From a virus (taxonomy: Duplodnaviria; Caudoviricetes): a DNA stretch of 40,618 nt. Below are positions 6,271-14,793 of this stretch, one piece after another (within the stretch, counting starts at the first letter, position 1; each line of letters starts with the position of its first letter). The notes below the pieces were generated by a model. That model made no database searches. It was not told the origin of the DNA and saw nothing but the letters and a program-made list of their open reading frames with translations. The translations under genes were made by a program, and so were the position numbers. Where the stretch lies: IMG/VR virus record IMGVR_UViG_3300049060_000012, positions 1-40,618 of that record; one strand, 5' to 3'.

Positions 6271-8488
6271 TTACGAGATTGCCACGACCTTGGAATTTGC
6301 TTTCCAATTTCGTGCGACCAAGCACCATTCTCCGATCAGCTGGAACTTCTCGGCATCGCCCGTCTTCGCGAGCTTGCGCTTCTGGATCTTGCGCAGATAC
6401 CGAACGGCCCAGTAGTCGGGGTCCAGACACAGGACGACGCTGGACCGCATATAGCGATGCAGAATCACCTGGTGCTTGCCGAAGTCCGACACGTACACGT
6501 TCGCGGCGCCGATGATCGATGCCTGCGCGCTCTTGTCGACGTCGACAAAGCGAGTTGCGATACCGGTGAAGGTGTCGATGTACCCCTTGCCGATGGTGCC
6601 GGTCAGGATCACGCGCGGATCGCCACCGTCAGACCACGCTGCCTCCAGCGCGAAGTTGAGATCCGGCGCCGTGAGCGGCGCCAGCGTCGTGCCATCGGTC
6701 GGCGCTACGCCAGCCGTCCCGGAAGTCAGCGGCGCAGTCGTCGCCGATGCGGTCGTGGTCGACAGCACCACGTGCGAGGACTCCGCAGACGATGCGGTCG
6801 CATCGCCGATCCACGACTCCATGCCAGCCGTCGAGCGGCCCGTACCGGCGCCGCCGATCGTGCTGATGCCGTTCTGCGTGATGCGGGTTTCCATATCCAA
6901 ACCCCATCACCACTTGTGCTGGGCTCTTTATCCCAGCTCTGAGCTTTCACTCAGGATCGGACTATATCTTCGTCCTATTGCTAGGACGTCGCGCGCTCGT
7001 GGAGCTTCATAGCCCGTGGTGGGCCGTATGCTCTAGTCTCTACACCTTCACCGCATTACTGCGGCGCTTGGCTCGGGATTACCCGCGTTGGGCTTCCCCG
7101 AATTCACGCGATGTTTACTCGCTACTTACGCAGCGAGGGCGCAATATGTATTACGCTTCAGCTCGCGCATCTTCACCATAGCGCCGCGTGCGAGTTCGGA
7201 CTTGCGCCCGGCCTTGTTCACGGCCTCCAGGGTGTCGGATGCAAGGAAGTCCTTCGAGCTGATCTGCAGGTAGCTCGCGTACCGAGCCGGCGCGGTGAGT
7301 GACGCATACGAGGCGTCATCGCCTTCGATTCGGATGTTGGTGTTCGACGGCGCCGCGAGTTCCTGCGCGAGCCATTCGGTATAGGTCGCCGACGCGTCCT
7401 CGCGATCGAGGTTCGTCATCGCCCAGGTGTCCTCCGGAAAGAGGTCGAAGATTACCGATGTGTTATCGCGCGGCTCTTTATCCGCGCATCTGCAGCTCTC
7501 GCTGCAGTCCAGACTACATCTTCACCTGTCGGTGTCGGGGGCTCGTGGGGCTGTCATAGTCCGTTCTGGACCGTATGCCCTAGTCGTTGAACCTTCAACG
7601 CATTCCTGCGCTGCTTGGCTGCTGATTGCCCAATCCTTGCGATTGTTACCTTTCGGTACGCAAGGCTCTAAGGGGTTTCCAGCAATTCACCCGATTGCTT
7701 GTGGTGTTCCGCGAAATGACAGCGCTCGCAAAGTGCTCGACCGTTTAACGGGTCGTATCGTCCTTCAGGATATTCGGCAAACTCTTTCACATGATGTGCA
7801 TGCAGTCTGATTCGATGACCGCAGTGCCCGCACATGCTTCCTTGCTCTAATCCGCATCCTTCGCATTTCCAATCCGCTTTGGTGAGCACCGCAAGCCGCC
7901 AATCGTGGAAGGCTTTGCGTGACCTGCCTAGCTTATTTGCTGTCGAGATTCCGCCGCGCCAGTTTGGGTTTTTAGAGCCAATCTGTCGCCCGACACGAAC
8001 TCGACTCAGAGCCAGCCTATGCTCAGTCGTTTTTGGCTTGCCGCGCATTCTATCGCCGCGGCTGATACCGCTAATTCCATGCTCCTTAAGGCGCATGAAA
8101 ACGACAGTTTCGCCAACGCCGTAGTGCTGCGCGATCCGATCCATCGACAGCTCCTTATACAGATCAAGAAGCTCTGCCTTTGGCGGATCGAATCTGCGCT
8201 GCCTCTTGGAGTTCCTGATGCCCCAAGTGCGAAGCCGGTAGTACACAGCTTCCGGTGTTACTCCGTACCTTACGCCGATCTGCTTTCCGCTCATCTTCTT
8301 GATGAGCGAATCCAACTTCCCCCTAGTAAGGGATTGCCACTCTGCTTTCACTGTCTGAAGTTCCGCGCTAACGCCACTTCAGACTATTGTCCTCTATTCG
8401 AGAGGACTTATCAATCTGACAAGTCCTCGCGGATACCGCCTGCGGTACCTACGCCGACTGTCGTAGTCGTGCCTGAAATCACAGCCAT
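6271..8488 (-). CDS. Major capsid protein (SU10-like/DUF5309 type), spliced: join(8488-8414, 7455-7153, 6897-6271), 334 aa
   Basis: Exon 1 MAVISG...GGIREDLSD, exon 2 VIFDLFPEDTW...MRELKR, exon 3 DMETRITQN...VVAIS; exons are 75, 303 and 627 nt and join in frame; follows the scaffold gene with a GGAG RBS; YVSDFG and LAKTGDAEK motifs. Confidence 0.9.
6898..7152 (-). ncRNA. Group I intron 2 in MCP (255 nt, no homing endonuclease)
   Basis: Exon ends in U (CGT) and intron ends in G; P1 GCGUAAU/AUUGCGC with a U-G pair at the splice site; P10 CAUAUU pairs with the 3' exon GAUAUG; core GAAUUCGGGGAA, AAUCCCGAGCC, AGAGACUA, GAAGAUAUAGUC. Confidence 0.93.
7456..8413 (-). ncRNA. Group I intron 1 in MCP (958 nt) carrying an HNH ORF
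   Basis: Exon ends in GAT and intron ends ...CATCG; core GAAUUGCUGGAA, AAUCAGCAGCC, GUUCAACGACUA, GAAGAUGUAGUC at about 7690-7508; candidate P1 UCAGAU/GUCUGA; boundaries could shift by 1 nt. Confidence 0.9.
7668..8351 (-). CDS. Intron-encoded HNH homing endonuclease (two HTH-like repeats, NUMOD3-like segment, HNH)
   Basis: CEGCG...LHAHHVK...NGRALCERCH; NPNWRGG motif; C-terminus (SGELLETP) runs into intron P3/P4. Confidence 0.9.
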   Translation of the reverse strand: MKAEWQSLTRGKLDSLIKKMSGKQIGVRYGVTPEAVYYRLRTWGIRNSKRQRRFDPPKAELLDLYKELSMDRIAQHYGVGETVVFMRLKEHGISGISRGDRMRGKPKTTEHRLALSRVRVGRQIGSKNPNWRGGISTANKLGRSRKAFHDWRLAVLTKADWKCEGCGLEQGSMCGHCGHRIRLHAHHVKEFAEYPEGRYDPLNGRALCERCHFAEHHKQSGELLETP

Positions 8489-8497
8489 TTGCTGCTC

Positions 8498-9394
8498 CTA
8501 GAATCGGTTCATCAGCTCGCGCTCTATGGCCTTCGCCTTCTGCGCGGAGCTGAGCCCCGGATTGTTCAGTTGCTTCTTCAGGGCGAGCTTGTCCTTCACC
8601 TGCTGCGGCATCGGGTTAGATGAGCCCGGCTTCACAGTCGGTGCGATCTGCACCTTGCCCTGGACTTTCTGAGCCTGGAGCTTGTCGTACTGCTGCGCCT
8701 TCCAGATGGTCTTCACCATCCGCGGGTCAGCCAGCGTATCGATCTCGGCAGCGGTGTAGCCCTCGTTCAGCGCGTATTCGCGCATCGCGGCTTTCGCTTC
8801 CGGTCCCCAGCCCTTGATGGATTTCGCGACAGCTTCCTGCGCCTTGCTCTGCGCCTCGTTGGCGAGTGCAATTTGCTCCTGCTGCCACGTGTTCCATTTG
8901 GAGTTGACGTTGCGGCTCAGTCCTTCGCGTTCTTCCTTCAGGTTGTCGACTTGCGTCTTCACCTGCCACAGCTGCTCGGAGGTCATGCCGGTTACATCGA
9001 TCAATTTCCACTGCTTGATGCTGAAATCGATTTCCTGCATCCGGGCGATGTCGTCCTTCACGGCTGCGTTGAACTTACGCTCGGACTCGAACGCCTTGTA
9101 CGCCAACTGCTGCTGCTCGATGGCCTTCTTCTGTTCCGCCACCTCAGTCGTCTTACGCGTGTAATCGGACTGCGCCATGAGCGCATCTTTCAGCTCTGGC
9201 GGGACCTGGTACGTCTTGCCGTTGAACTCGGTCTCGACGAATTCCGGGGTCGGCGTTTCCGATTCCGGCTCAGGAGTGTTGTCCACCTGCTCCGGTTGTT
9301 CGGGCTGCTGCGTCTCAGGCTGATCCGTCTCGAACTGTGCGGCCAATCGATCTTCCATCGATGGCGATTCCATTGCTGGCTGTTCGCCTGCCAT
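8498..9394 (-). CDS. Scaffolding protein
   Basis: Acidic N-terminus, DYTRKT motif, coiled coil; lies immediately before MCP. Confidence 0.85.
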   Translation of the reverse strand: MAGEQPAMESPSMEDRLAAQFETDQPETQQPEQPEQVDNTPEPESETPTPEFVETEFNGKTYQVPPELKDALMAQSDYTRKTTEVAEQKKAIEQQQLAYKAFESERKFNAAVKDDIARMQEIDFSIKQWKLIDVTGMTSEQLWQVKTQVDNLKEEREGLSRNVNSKWNTWQQEQIALANEAQSKAQEAVAKSIKGWGPEAKAAMREYALNEGYTAAEIDTLADPRMVKTIWKAQQYDKLQAQKVQGKVQIAPTVKPGSSNPMPQQVKDKLALKKQLNNPGLSSAQKAKAIERELMNRF

Positions 9395-9396
9395 AC

Positions 9397-9681
9397 CTAC
9401 CTAACCTTGAAGTCGCGCAGTGATGCGTCGCGCTTCTGTTGTGCGATCTGAAACTCGGCCACCTTGCCGTCGTTCAGTGTCGCGGTGAGATTCGCTTTCA
9501 CGTCCTGCAAAAGCTTGAGACACAGGCGGAGCTCGTGCAGCCCCTCCTGGTCGCGGATCGGTGTGCGCTCGATGGCGTTGAATATCGCCGTGCGCGTGTT
9601 CTCGAAAGCTGTCTTGAATTCTTCGTCGTTCAGGATGCGCTGCGCTTTCTCGGCGCGCGCGATCACTTCTGCTTCGCTCAT
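9397..9681 (-). CDS. Small head-module protein (MSEAEV...)
   Basis: Helical ~94 aa protein between portal and scaffold; ATG at 9681 is coupled to the upstream stop. Confidence 0.65.
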   Translation of the reverse strand: MSEAEVIARAEKAQRILNDEEFKTAFENTRTAIFNAIERTPIRDQEGLHELRLCLKLLQDVKANLTATLNDGKVAEFQIAQQKRDASLRDFKVR

Positions 9682-9851
9682 TCGCCTAGCACCACCGTGC
9701 GGTACCACAGCCACTCGCGCTTCAGTAGCTGACCAACTGCTGAATCGAGCACAGCAACAGTCCCAGAGCTAATCATCCTGCCCCCAGGAGGGCCGATGTA
9801 CGCCATCCAATGGCCAAACCTGTCTACGCTTAGTCTGATATGTGGCTTCAT
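9678..9851 (-). CDS. 57-aa microprotein (MKPHIRLSVDRFGHW...), not in the ORF track
   Basis: ATGA overlaps with the portal stop and with the next start; fills the gap exactly. Confidence 0.55.
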   Translation of the reverse strand: MKPHIRLSVDRFGHWMAYIGPPGGRMISSGTVAVLDSAVGQLLKREWLWYRTVVLGE

Positions 9852-12145
9852 TCGACCGGCACCACTGACTCGACCTTGCCGTCCTTGCCGCGGACCACCT
9901 TCTTCGGCCCGTTCAACTTCGAGATACCGGCCATGACCTGCTCGAACATCGCGCGCATGGCCTCGGTCTGCTGCGCCTGCGACTGCATGAACTGCTGGAT
10001 GAACGTGTCCTTCATCTGACTCTCACGGTCCTTGATCGCCGTTTCCTTCGTCTTCGGGTTGAGCTCGGCGCGCAGTGCTTCGAGGCCGGCGGCGTGATGC
10101 CCCTCGGTTTCCTTGAGTTGCTTCTGCTGCTCCGCCTGATGATGCGCGAGCCCGACCTTGACCTGCGCATCGGTCTCGATCTGCAGCTGCTTGATCTGCG
10201 CATCGCGTATCGAATCGCGCTCGCGCTGCTCGGTCTCCATCTGCGTTGTCTGCAGCGAGGTCTGCGATTTCAGCTGCTCGACCGCGACGATCGTCGGATC
10301 GGGCTGCGGCGGATCTTTGGCCGGGATCTTCTGCGGATCGGTCCAGAAGCGCTCGGGCGATGAGAAGTCCGACGCCTTCGTCAGCTCGACCAGCGTCGCG
10401 TGCACGTTCTGAGGCGTGACGACTGGCAGCCCGCCCAGCAATGCCTCCTTCTGCGCGTTCAAGATCAGCATCAGGCGCGACACCATCGCGTCTTTGTTGC
10501 CGGCCGCGTAGCCCACAGCGATGCGAAAGTCGCTGCGCTTCTTCCACTGCGCGGGGTCGATCTCCACCCACTGGTTTGAGAGCTTGACGGTCTCGCTCTT
10601 GTGACCGCCCTTGATGATTAGCTCGTGAATGATCGAGAACAGGTCGAGGATGCCGGCGCCCATGATGCGGGCGATGAGCTTCACGCGCTGCGCGGCCATC
10701 GTCGACAACTGCTGAATGCCAGTCGCCGTCTTGTTCATCGCGTTCTGATCGATGCCGGTGAAGTAGCGATTCGTGCCGGTGCGGTTCTCGCGCACCTGAT
10801 CCATGTACTCCAGCCCCTCCATCGCCTGCGGGAACACAAATGGCGTGACGAGCGGCGCGATGTCGATACCGTACTGCGCGCCGGTCTCACCGCGCACCAA
10901 GCCGCCGGGGCGCGATACGAGCGCATCGTCCAGGTTGATCTTGTCACTGACGAACGTGCGCGGATTGTTCGCGAGGTAGAGGTTATCGAGACCCTGCCGC
11001 AGAATCGCCGTCTTGATCCGCTGCAGGTCCACGACGATGTCTGCGATCGACGTCGCGATGTGCCGATGCGGATTCGGGATAGCGACCAGTGACGCGACCG
11101 GGATGCGCGTGCACTGCTCTTGATGCAGGATGTGCCGGCCGATGCGCACGACATACAGGCGCTCGGCGATGCCGTCCTCGTTCGCGTCGTGCAGAATCCA
11201 GATCATGCGCACGCGATAGCGCCGCATCGACGCATCGGGCTCGTTCTGATCCTGCCGCCAGCCCTGCTCGTCGTACTGGTCGCGCGCGAGGTCTTCTTCC
11301 TCGTCTATCGACCAGTCATCGGGAACGACGTCCGGCACCTCGAAGCCATCGGCGTTCAAGTCCGACAGCGTCTTGTAGTCGTAGTACTCGAAGTACGGGC
11401 ATTCCTGGCTGATGCTGAAATCTGGCGTGCGATAGCTGATCTTGCAGCGCTCGGGCGGCAGCGCCTTGTAGCAGACCTTCCGCTCCTTCTGGACACGCGT
11501 CACCGTCGCATCGAACAGCATCGGCGGCGGAGACGGCGGCTGCATGATCGGCATGCCGTCTGGTCCAATGGCCGGCTGACCGGTCATCGGATCGATCATC
11601 GGTTGCGGCGGCGGCGCGACGTAGTCTGGGTCCGGATATTGCGCCGTCACCTCGACTTGCACGTCCTTGTCGTCCATCAGCAGCTGTACGCCCTGCTCGG
11701 TCTGCCGCTGATAGCGGTCGATCTCCTCGTTCTTGCGCTCCTCGCTGTACGCCAGGCAGTAACCGTTCTTCGTCATCATGGCGTCCATCGCCCACGTGAT
11801 GAACGTCATCAGCCACAGCGTCGGGTTCTTGTTCAGGATGACGTGATTGAGGTACTGCGATTCCTGTTTCGCGCCGCGCTCATCTTCCGCGCTCACCGGA
11901 GAGATCTCGACCACGTCGTCGCCGTTCGCGTAGATGTCGACGAGCGATGGCAGAATCCACTGGATCGTCTCGAACACGCCGCGATCGACAACTTGCGAGC
12001 GCCCTTCTGGCGCCGGCTCGATGTTCTTGCCGTTGTACATGTCGATCGCATAGGCGCGATCGGCTGCAAGTTGGCTGTCGCCTTCGGAGCTGTACGCACT
12101 TTGCTCTGCCGCGTCGATCGCGGCGATGAGCAATTCGTTATCCAT
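9848..12145 (-). CDS. Portal protein (long podovirus type)
   Basis: 765 aa after TerL; GRSQVV, LRQGLDNLYLANNP, NKTATG motifs; C-terminal coiled coil. Confidence 0.9.
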   Translation of the reverse strand: MDNELLIAAIDAAEQSAYSSEGDSQLAADRAYAIDMYNGKNIEPAPEGRSQVVDRGVFETIQWILPSLVDIYANGDDVVEISPVSAEDERGAKQESQYLNHVILNKNPTLWLMTFITWAMDAMMTKNGYCLAYSEERKNEEIDRYQRQTEQGVQLLMDDKDVQVEVTAQYPDPDYVAPPPQPMIDPMTGQPAIGPDGMPIMQPPSPPPMLFDATVTRVQKERKVCYKALPPERCKISYRTPDFSISQECPYFEYYDYKTLSDLNADGFEVPDVVPDDWSIDEEEDLARDQYDEQGWRQDQNEPDASMRRYRVRMIWILHDANEDGIAERLYVVRIGRHILHQEQCTRIPVASLVAIPNPHRHIATSIADIVVDLQRIKTAILRQGLDNLYLANNPRTFVSDKINLDDALVSRPGGLVRGETGAQYGIDIAPLVTPFVFPQAMEGLEYMDQVRENRTGTNRYFTGIDQNAMNKTATGIQQLSTMAAQRVKLIARIMGAGILDLFSIIHELIIKGGHKSETVKLSNQWVEIDPAQWKKRSDFRIAVGYAAGNKDAMVSRLMLILNAQKEALLGGLPVVTPQNVHATLVELTKASDFSSPERFWTDPQKIPAKDPPQPDPTIVAVEQLKSQTSLQTTQMETEQRERDSIRDAQIKQLQIETDAQVKVGLAHHQAEQQKQLKETEGHHAAGLEALRAELNPKTKETAIKDRESQMKDTFIQQFMQSQAQQTEAMRAMFEQVMAGISKLNGPKKVVRGKDGKVESVVPVE

Positions 12146-12296
12146 GCTTGAGCTTCAGCGTGTCGCGCTCCTGCTGGCGCGCTCGGTCGGCCTTGCTGAA
12201 GTCATCGAGGCGGCGCGTGAGGTCGAGCACCAGCTTCTCCAGATCCGCGACTCGCGCCCTCAACTCGCGGAACGCCGCGCCTTCTGCCATGTTCAT
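12138..12296 (-). CDS. 52-aa coiled-coil microprotein (MNMAEGAAFRELRARV...)
   Basis: ATGA overlap with the TerL stop; ends overlapping the portal start. Confidence 0.55.
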   Translation of the reverse strand: MNMAEGAAFRELRARVADLEKLVLDLTRRLDDFSKADRARQQERDTLKLKHG

Positions 12297-13612
12297 ACGA
12301 TTCCTCGAGCGTCATAGCTCAGTTTCTGCGAGCCCTTGCGTTCTTTCATGATCTTCTCGGCACAGATGCACATCAGGCCGAAACTGTCGGCGCCGTTGCT
12401 CGACCAGTCGTGCTCAGGGCCGAGCCCGATCTGGCGCGCCTCGTCCTTTTTCTCGTGATACCAGCCGAGCGCATCGAGGCCACCGTTCGTCGTCGACTCG
12501 TTGAACCAGATGTACGGGAAGTAGCGTCGGCCGGCTTCGACGCGCGCCTTTGCCGCACCCTTGCCCTGGTTCGGCACGACTGTTACGTCGTACCCCGCGC
12601 CCCTGATCGCTGACTGGTACGAAACGTCATGGACCTTGTCGTGCGCTTCGCCATCGTGCGGCAGCCACACCTGAGACTTGCCCGGCGTGTAGCCACGCTC
12701 GCGCATCCAGTTCAGATGAGTCGCGAGCGGCTGCCCGACCGCCTCGTAGTAGTCAACGGCGCGGATCTCTTTCCCGATGAACTGCGCCGCCCAGATGGTG
12801 ACCGCATCGGCCCGCGCACCTGTTCCGCCTATGTCGAAAAATAGTCGAATAGTGATGAGCGGATCGGCTGCGACGCGACCGATGCGGCCTTCCGAGCGGG
12901 CTGCGTTGATGCACTTCGCGTAGTACGCGCCTTCCAGGACCGTGACGTAGCCGCCCTCCCAGATGTAATCGTACTGCTCGGGCTGCATGCGCAGGCAGTC
13001 CAGGCGCTCCTGTTCGAGCTCCGCGGTAAACCATGGATTGTCGCGCCAGTTCGCGCGCACGACGACCGATCCGGTCGGCCTTTGCTCACCGCGGAACATC
13101 TCGTCGACCGGGTCAGTCTTGCGCCGCGGGTTCCAACTGAACCACTTCTCCGAACCGTCGGCGCGAATCGTCGGCGTGAGTAGGTTCAGCGAGTGTCGCG
13201 TCGCCGTCTGCGCCTCCTCCCACCACGCGCGCTTGAAGCCTTCCAGCGACTTGATCGAGTCGGCGGTGTAGTCGTTCATGCCCTTGAAGATGATCAGGCC
13301 ATCGCCGGGCGTGCGGATCACATCGCGGAAGACCTTGAATCCGTCAGCCTCACCGAGTGCATGCGCCGTCAGCTTCGACTCGATCAGAAGCTTCGATGAC
13401 TGCGCGAGATCCTTCTGCACCTCGCGAATGCAGACCGCGCGCATACCTTCACCACCACTGTCACCAGGCTCGGCGAGACAGTCCTCAATCAGCTTGTCGC
13501 CGAAGAAGTGCGACTTGCCGCTGCCTCGTCCGCCGTGGGCTGCCTTGTATCGACCGGCAGGGATGAGCGGACCAAAGACCTCTGCGGTCTCAATCCTTAG
13601 TGTCCGCACCAA
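12293..13612 (-). CDS. terL: Terminase large subunit
   Basis: Walker A GGRGSGKS, Walker B WWEEA, SWNP, nuclease FFDIG...HDWSSNGADSF. Confidence 0.95.
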   Translation of the reverse strand: MVRTLRIETAEVFGPLIPAGRYKAAHGGRGSGKSHFFGDKLIEDCLAEPGDSGGEGMRAVCIREVQKDLAQSSKLLIESKLTAHALGEADGFKVFRDVIRTPGDGLIIFKGMNDYTADSIKSLEGFKRAWWEEAQTATRHSLNLLTPTIRADGSEKWFSWNPRRKTDPVDEMFRGEQRPTGSVVVRANWRDNPWFTAELEQERLDCLRMQPEQYDYIWEGGYVTVLEGAYYAKCINAARSEGRIGRVAADPLITIRLFFDIGGTGARADAVTIWAAQFIGKEIRAVDYYEAVGQPLATHLNWMRERGYTPGKSQVWLPHDGEAHDKVHDVSYQSAIRGAGYDVTVVPNQGKGAAKARVEAGRRYFPYIWFNESTTNGGLDALGWYHEKKDEARQIGLGPEHDWSSNGADSFGLMCICAEKIMKERKGSQKLSYDARGIV

Positions 13613-13874
13613 TCAGCACTCGCTCGATCTTCTGCACACGAATAGGCGGGTCATCCTCATCGCCGCCAATAATGGACTGCGCCGGCTTGCCCCAGCCGCG
13701 ATCCAACAGCGCAACAGCAGCGGCTAGCCTCGTGCTCTCGGCTTTCCCGTGCTCGCATAGATGCACGATGGTCTCAATGGCAAGCGCCGTGTGCTCCTTG
13801 GCCAGCTCCTTGACCGCCCCATCTTCTTTTGGACGACCGCCCGGATTGCCGGATTGGCCCTTTTGAAATGCCAT
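13590..13874 (-). CDS. terS: Terminase small subunit (DUF5681-like)
   Basis: FQKGQSGNPGGRPK start and LLDRGWGKP motif; directly upstream of TerL. Confidence 0.85.
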   Translation of the reverse strand: MAFQKGQSGNPGGRPKEDGAVKELAKEHTALAIETIVHLCEHGKAESTRLAAAVALLDRGWGKPAQSIIGGDEDDPPIRVQKIERVLIGADTKD

Positions 13875-13877
13875 CAG

Positions 13878-14789
13878 TTACATCAGGAAACGAATCAACG
13901 TCTCCTCCTCGTCCTCTTCATCGGCTTTCGCCAACAGGTATTGAATTTCAAGGTCACGCAGCAGCGCGTCGTAGAGCGCGACGATTTCAGCGCGCTTCTG
14001 GCGCACCAGCGGACGCAGCGCGTCGGAGTCGGTGCGAATGCTCGGCCGCTTGATGCCGTACTCGACGCGTACCGGCGCTGCACGGGCGGCGGCGATCTGT
14101 CTGACCGCCACTTCCTTGGCGCGCTCAAGCAGCGCGAATGCCTGCGCTTCGCTCTCGACCTCGAAGTGCCGCCCGTCTATTTCAACGAGTAGGCGACGGC
14201 GACGGCGCTTGCGGCCGGCGCCGAGTACAGCAGCGGGAGCCTGATCGCCTTGTGCAGTGACGGTGCCTTGCGAGAACGCCGTTGCACTGCCCAGCAGCGC
14301 CGCCGACAGATCGGCAGCGAGCGTCCCGAGAGCCGATGCGATCTCAAGCCCGGTCAGCGCGACGAATACGCCCGTGACTGGCGTGAGCGTGCCCTGCGAG
14401 AACGTCGCAGCTTCACCGCCGAGAGTGACCGAAAGTTCGGGCGCGAGCGTGCCCTGTGCGAAGCTGGCGGAGCTGCCGACGAGCGGCACACTCAGCGCCG
14501 GTATCAACGTTCCTTGCGCAAACGTCGGCGCGAGCCCAGTCAACGCAACGCTGATCTCTGGCGTCAGCGTGCCTTGCGCCCAGACCGCCGCGGAGCCCAC
14601 CAGGGCAACGCTCGTGTCCGGGGTCAGCGTGCCGTGGGCGAACGCCGCACCCTCGCCGGTGAGGGCTACTGAGACGTCAGAGCCACCGGCGGTGGCGAGC
14701 AGAAGACCGAGGCTCGGAAGCGGCGCGGCATCGCCGCCGCTCACTGGACTGCCGCCGCCGCCTCTGCGCAGCAGCAGCGTTAGGGACAT
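13878..14789 (-). CDS. Repeat-containing putative fibre/appendage protein with basic and acidic C-terminal module
   Basis: Seven ~20-aa repeats (SVALxG...FAQGTLTP), then GRKRRRRR and a DEEDEEETLIRFLM terminus. Confidence 0.6.
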   Translation of the reverse strand: MSLTLLLRRGGGGSPVSGGDAAPLPSLGLLLATAGGSDVSVALTGEGAAFAHGTLTPDTSVALVGSAAVWAQGTLTPEISVALTGLAPTFAQGTLIPALSVPLVGSSASFAQGTLAPELSVTLGGEAATFSQGTLTPVTGVFVALTGLEIASALGTLAADLSAALLGSATAFSQGTVTAQGDQAPAAVLGAGRKRRRRRLLVEIDGRHFEVESEAQAFALLERAKEVAVRQIAAARAAPVRVEYGIKRPSIRTDSDALRPLVRQKRAEIVALYDALLRDLEIQYLLAKADEEDEEETLIRFLM

Positions 14790-14793
14790 CGGA

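Noticed and set aside
7126-7419. Stand-alone 97-aa ORF, and the TTG-started 209-aa ORF at 6271-6900
   Set aside because: These are MCP exon 2 and exon 3 read slightly into intron sequence
7456-8413. Group II intron, IStron or IS element
   Set aside because: No reverse transcriptase, TnpA/TnpB or transposase, and no terminal repeats; the ORF is an HNH and the RNA motifs are group I
6271-8488. MCP as a pseudogene, intein-containing gene or stop-codon-recoded gene
   Set aside because: Inserts contain stops and group I core motifs and excise precisely in frame; TAA, TAG and TGA all end normal genes elsewhere in the window
11120-12151. Long plus-strand ORF (343 aa) and similar antisense or alternate-frame ORFs such as 32444-33436 and 19187-19993
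   Set aside because: Shadow frames of well-supported genes in high-GC DNA, with no recognisable motifs
9848-13612. Further introns or inteins in terL or portal
   Set aside because: Both ORFs are continuous and of normal length; the Pro-rich portal stretch is an in-frame low-complexity loop
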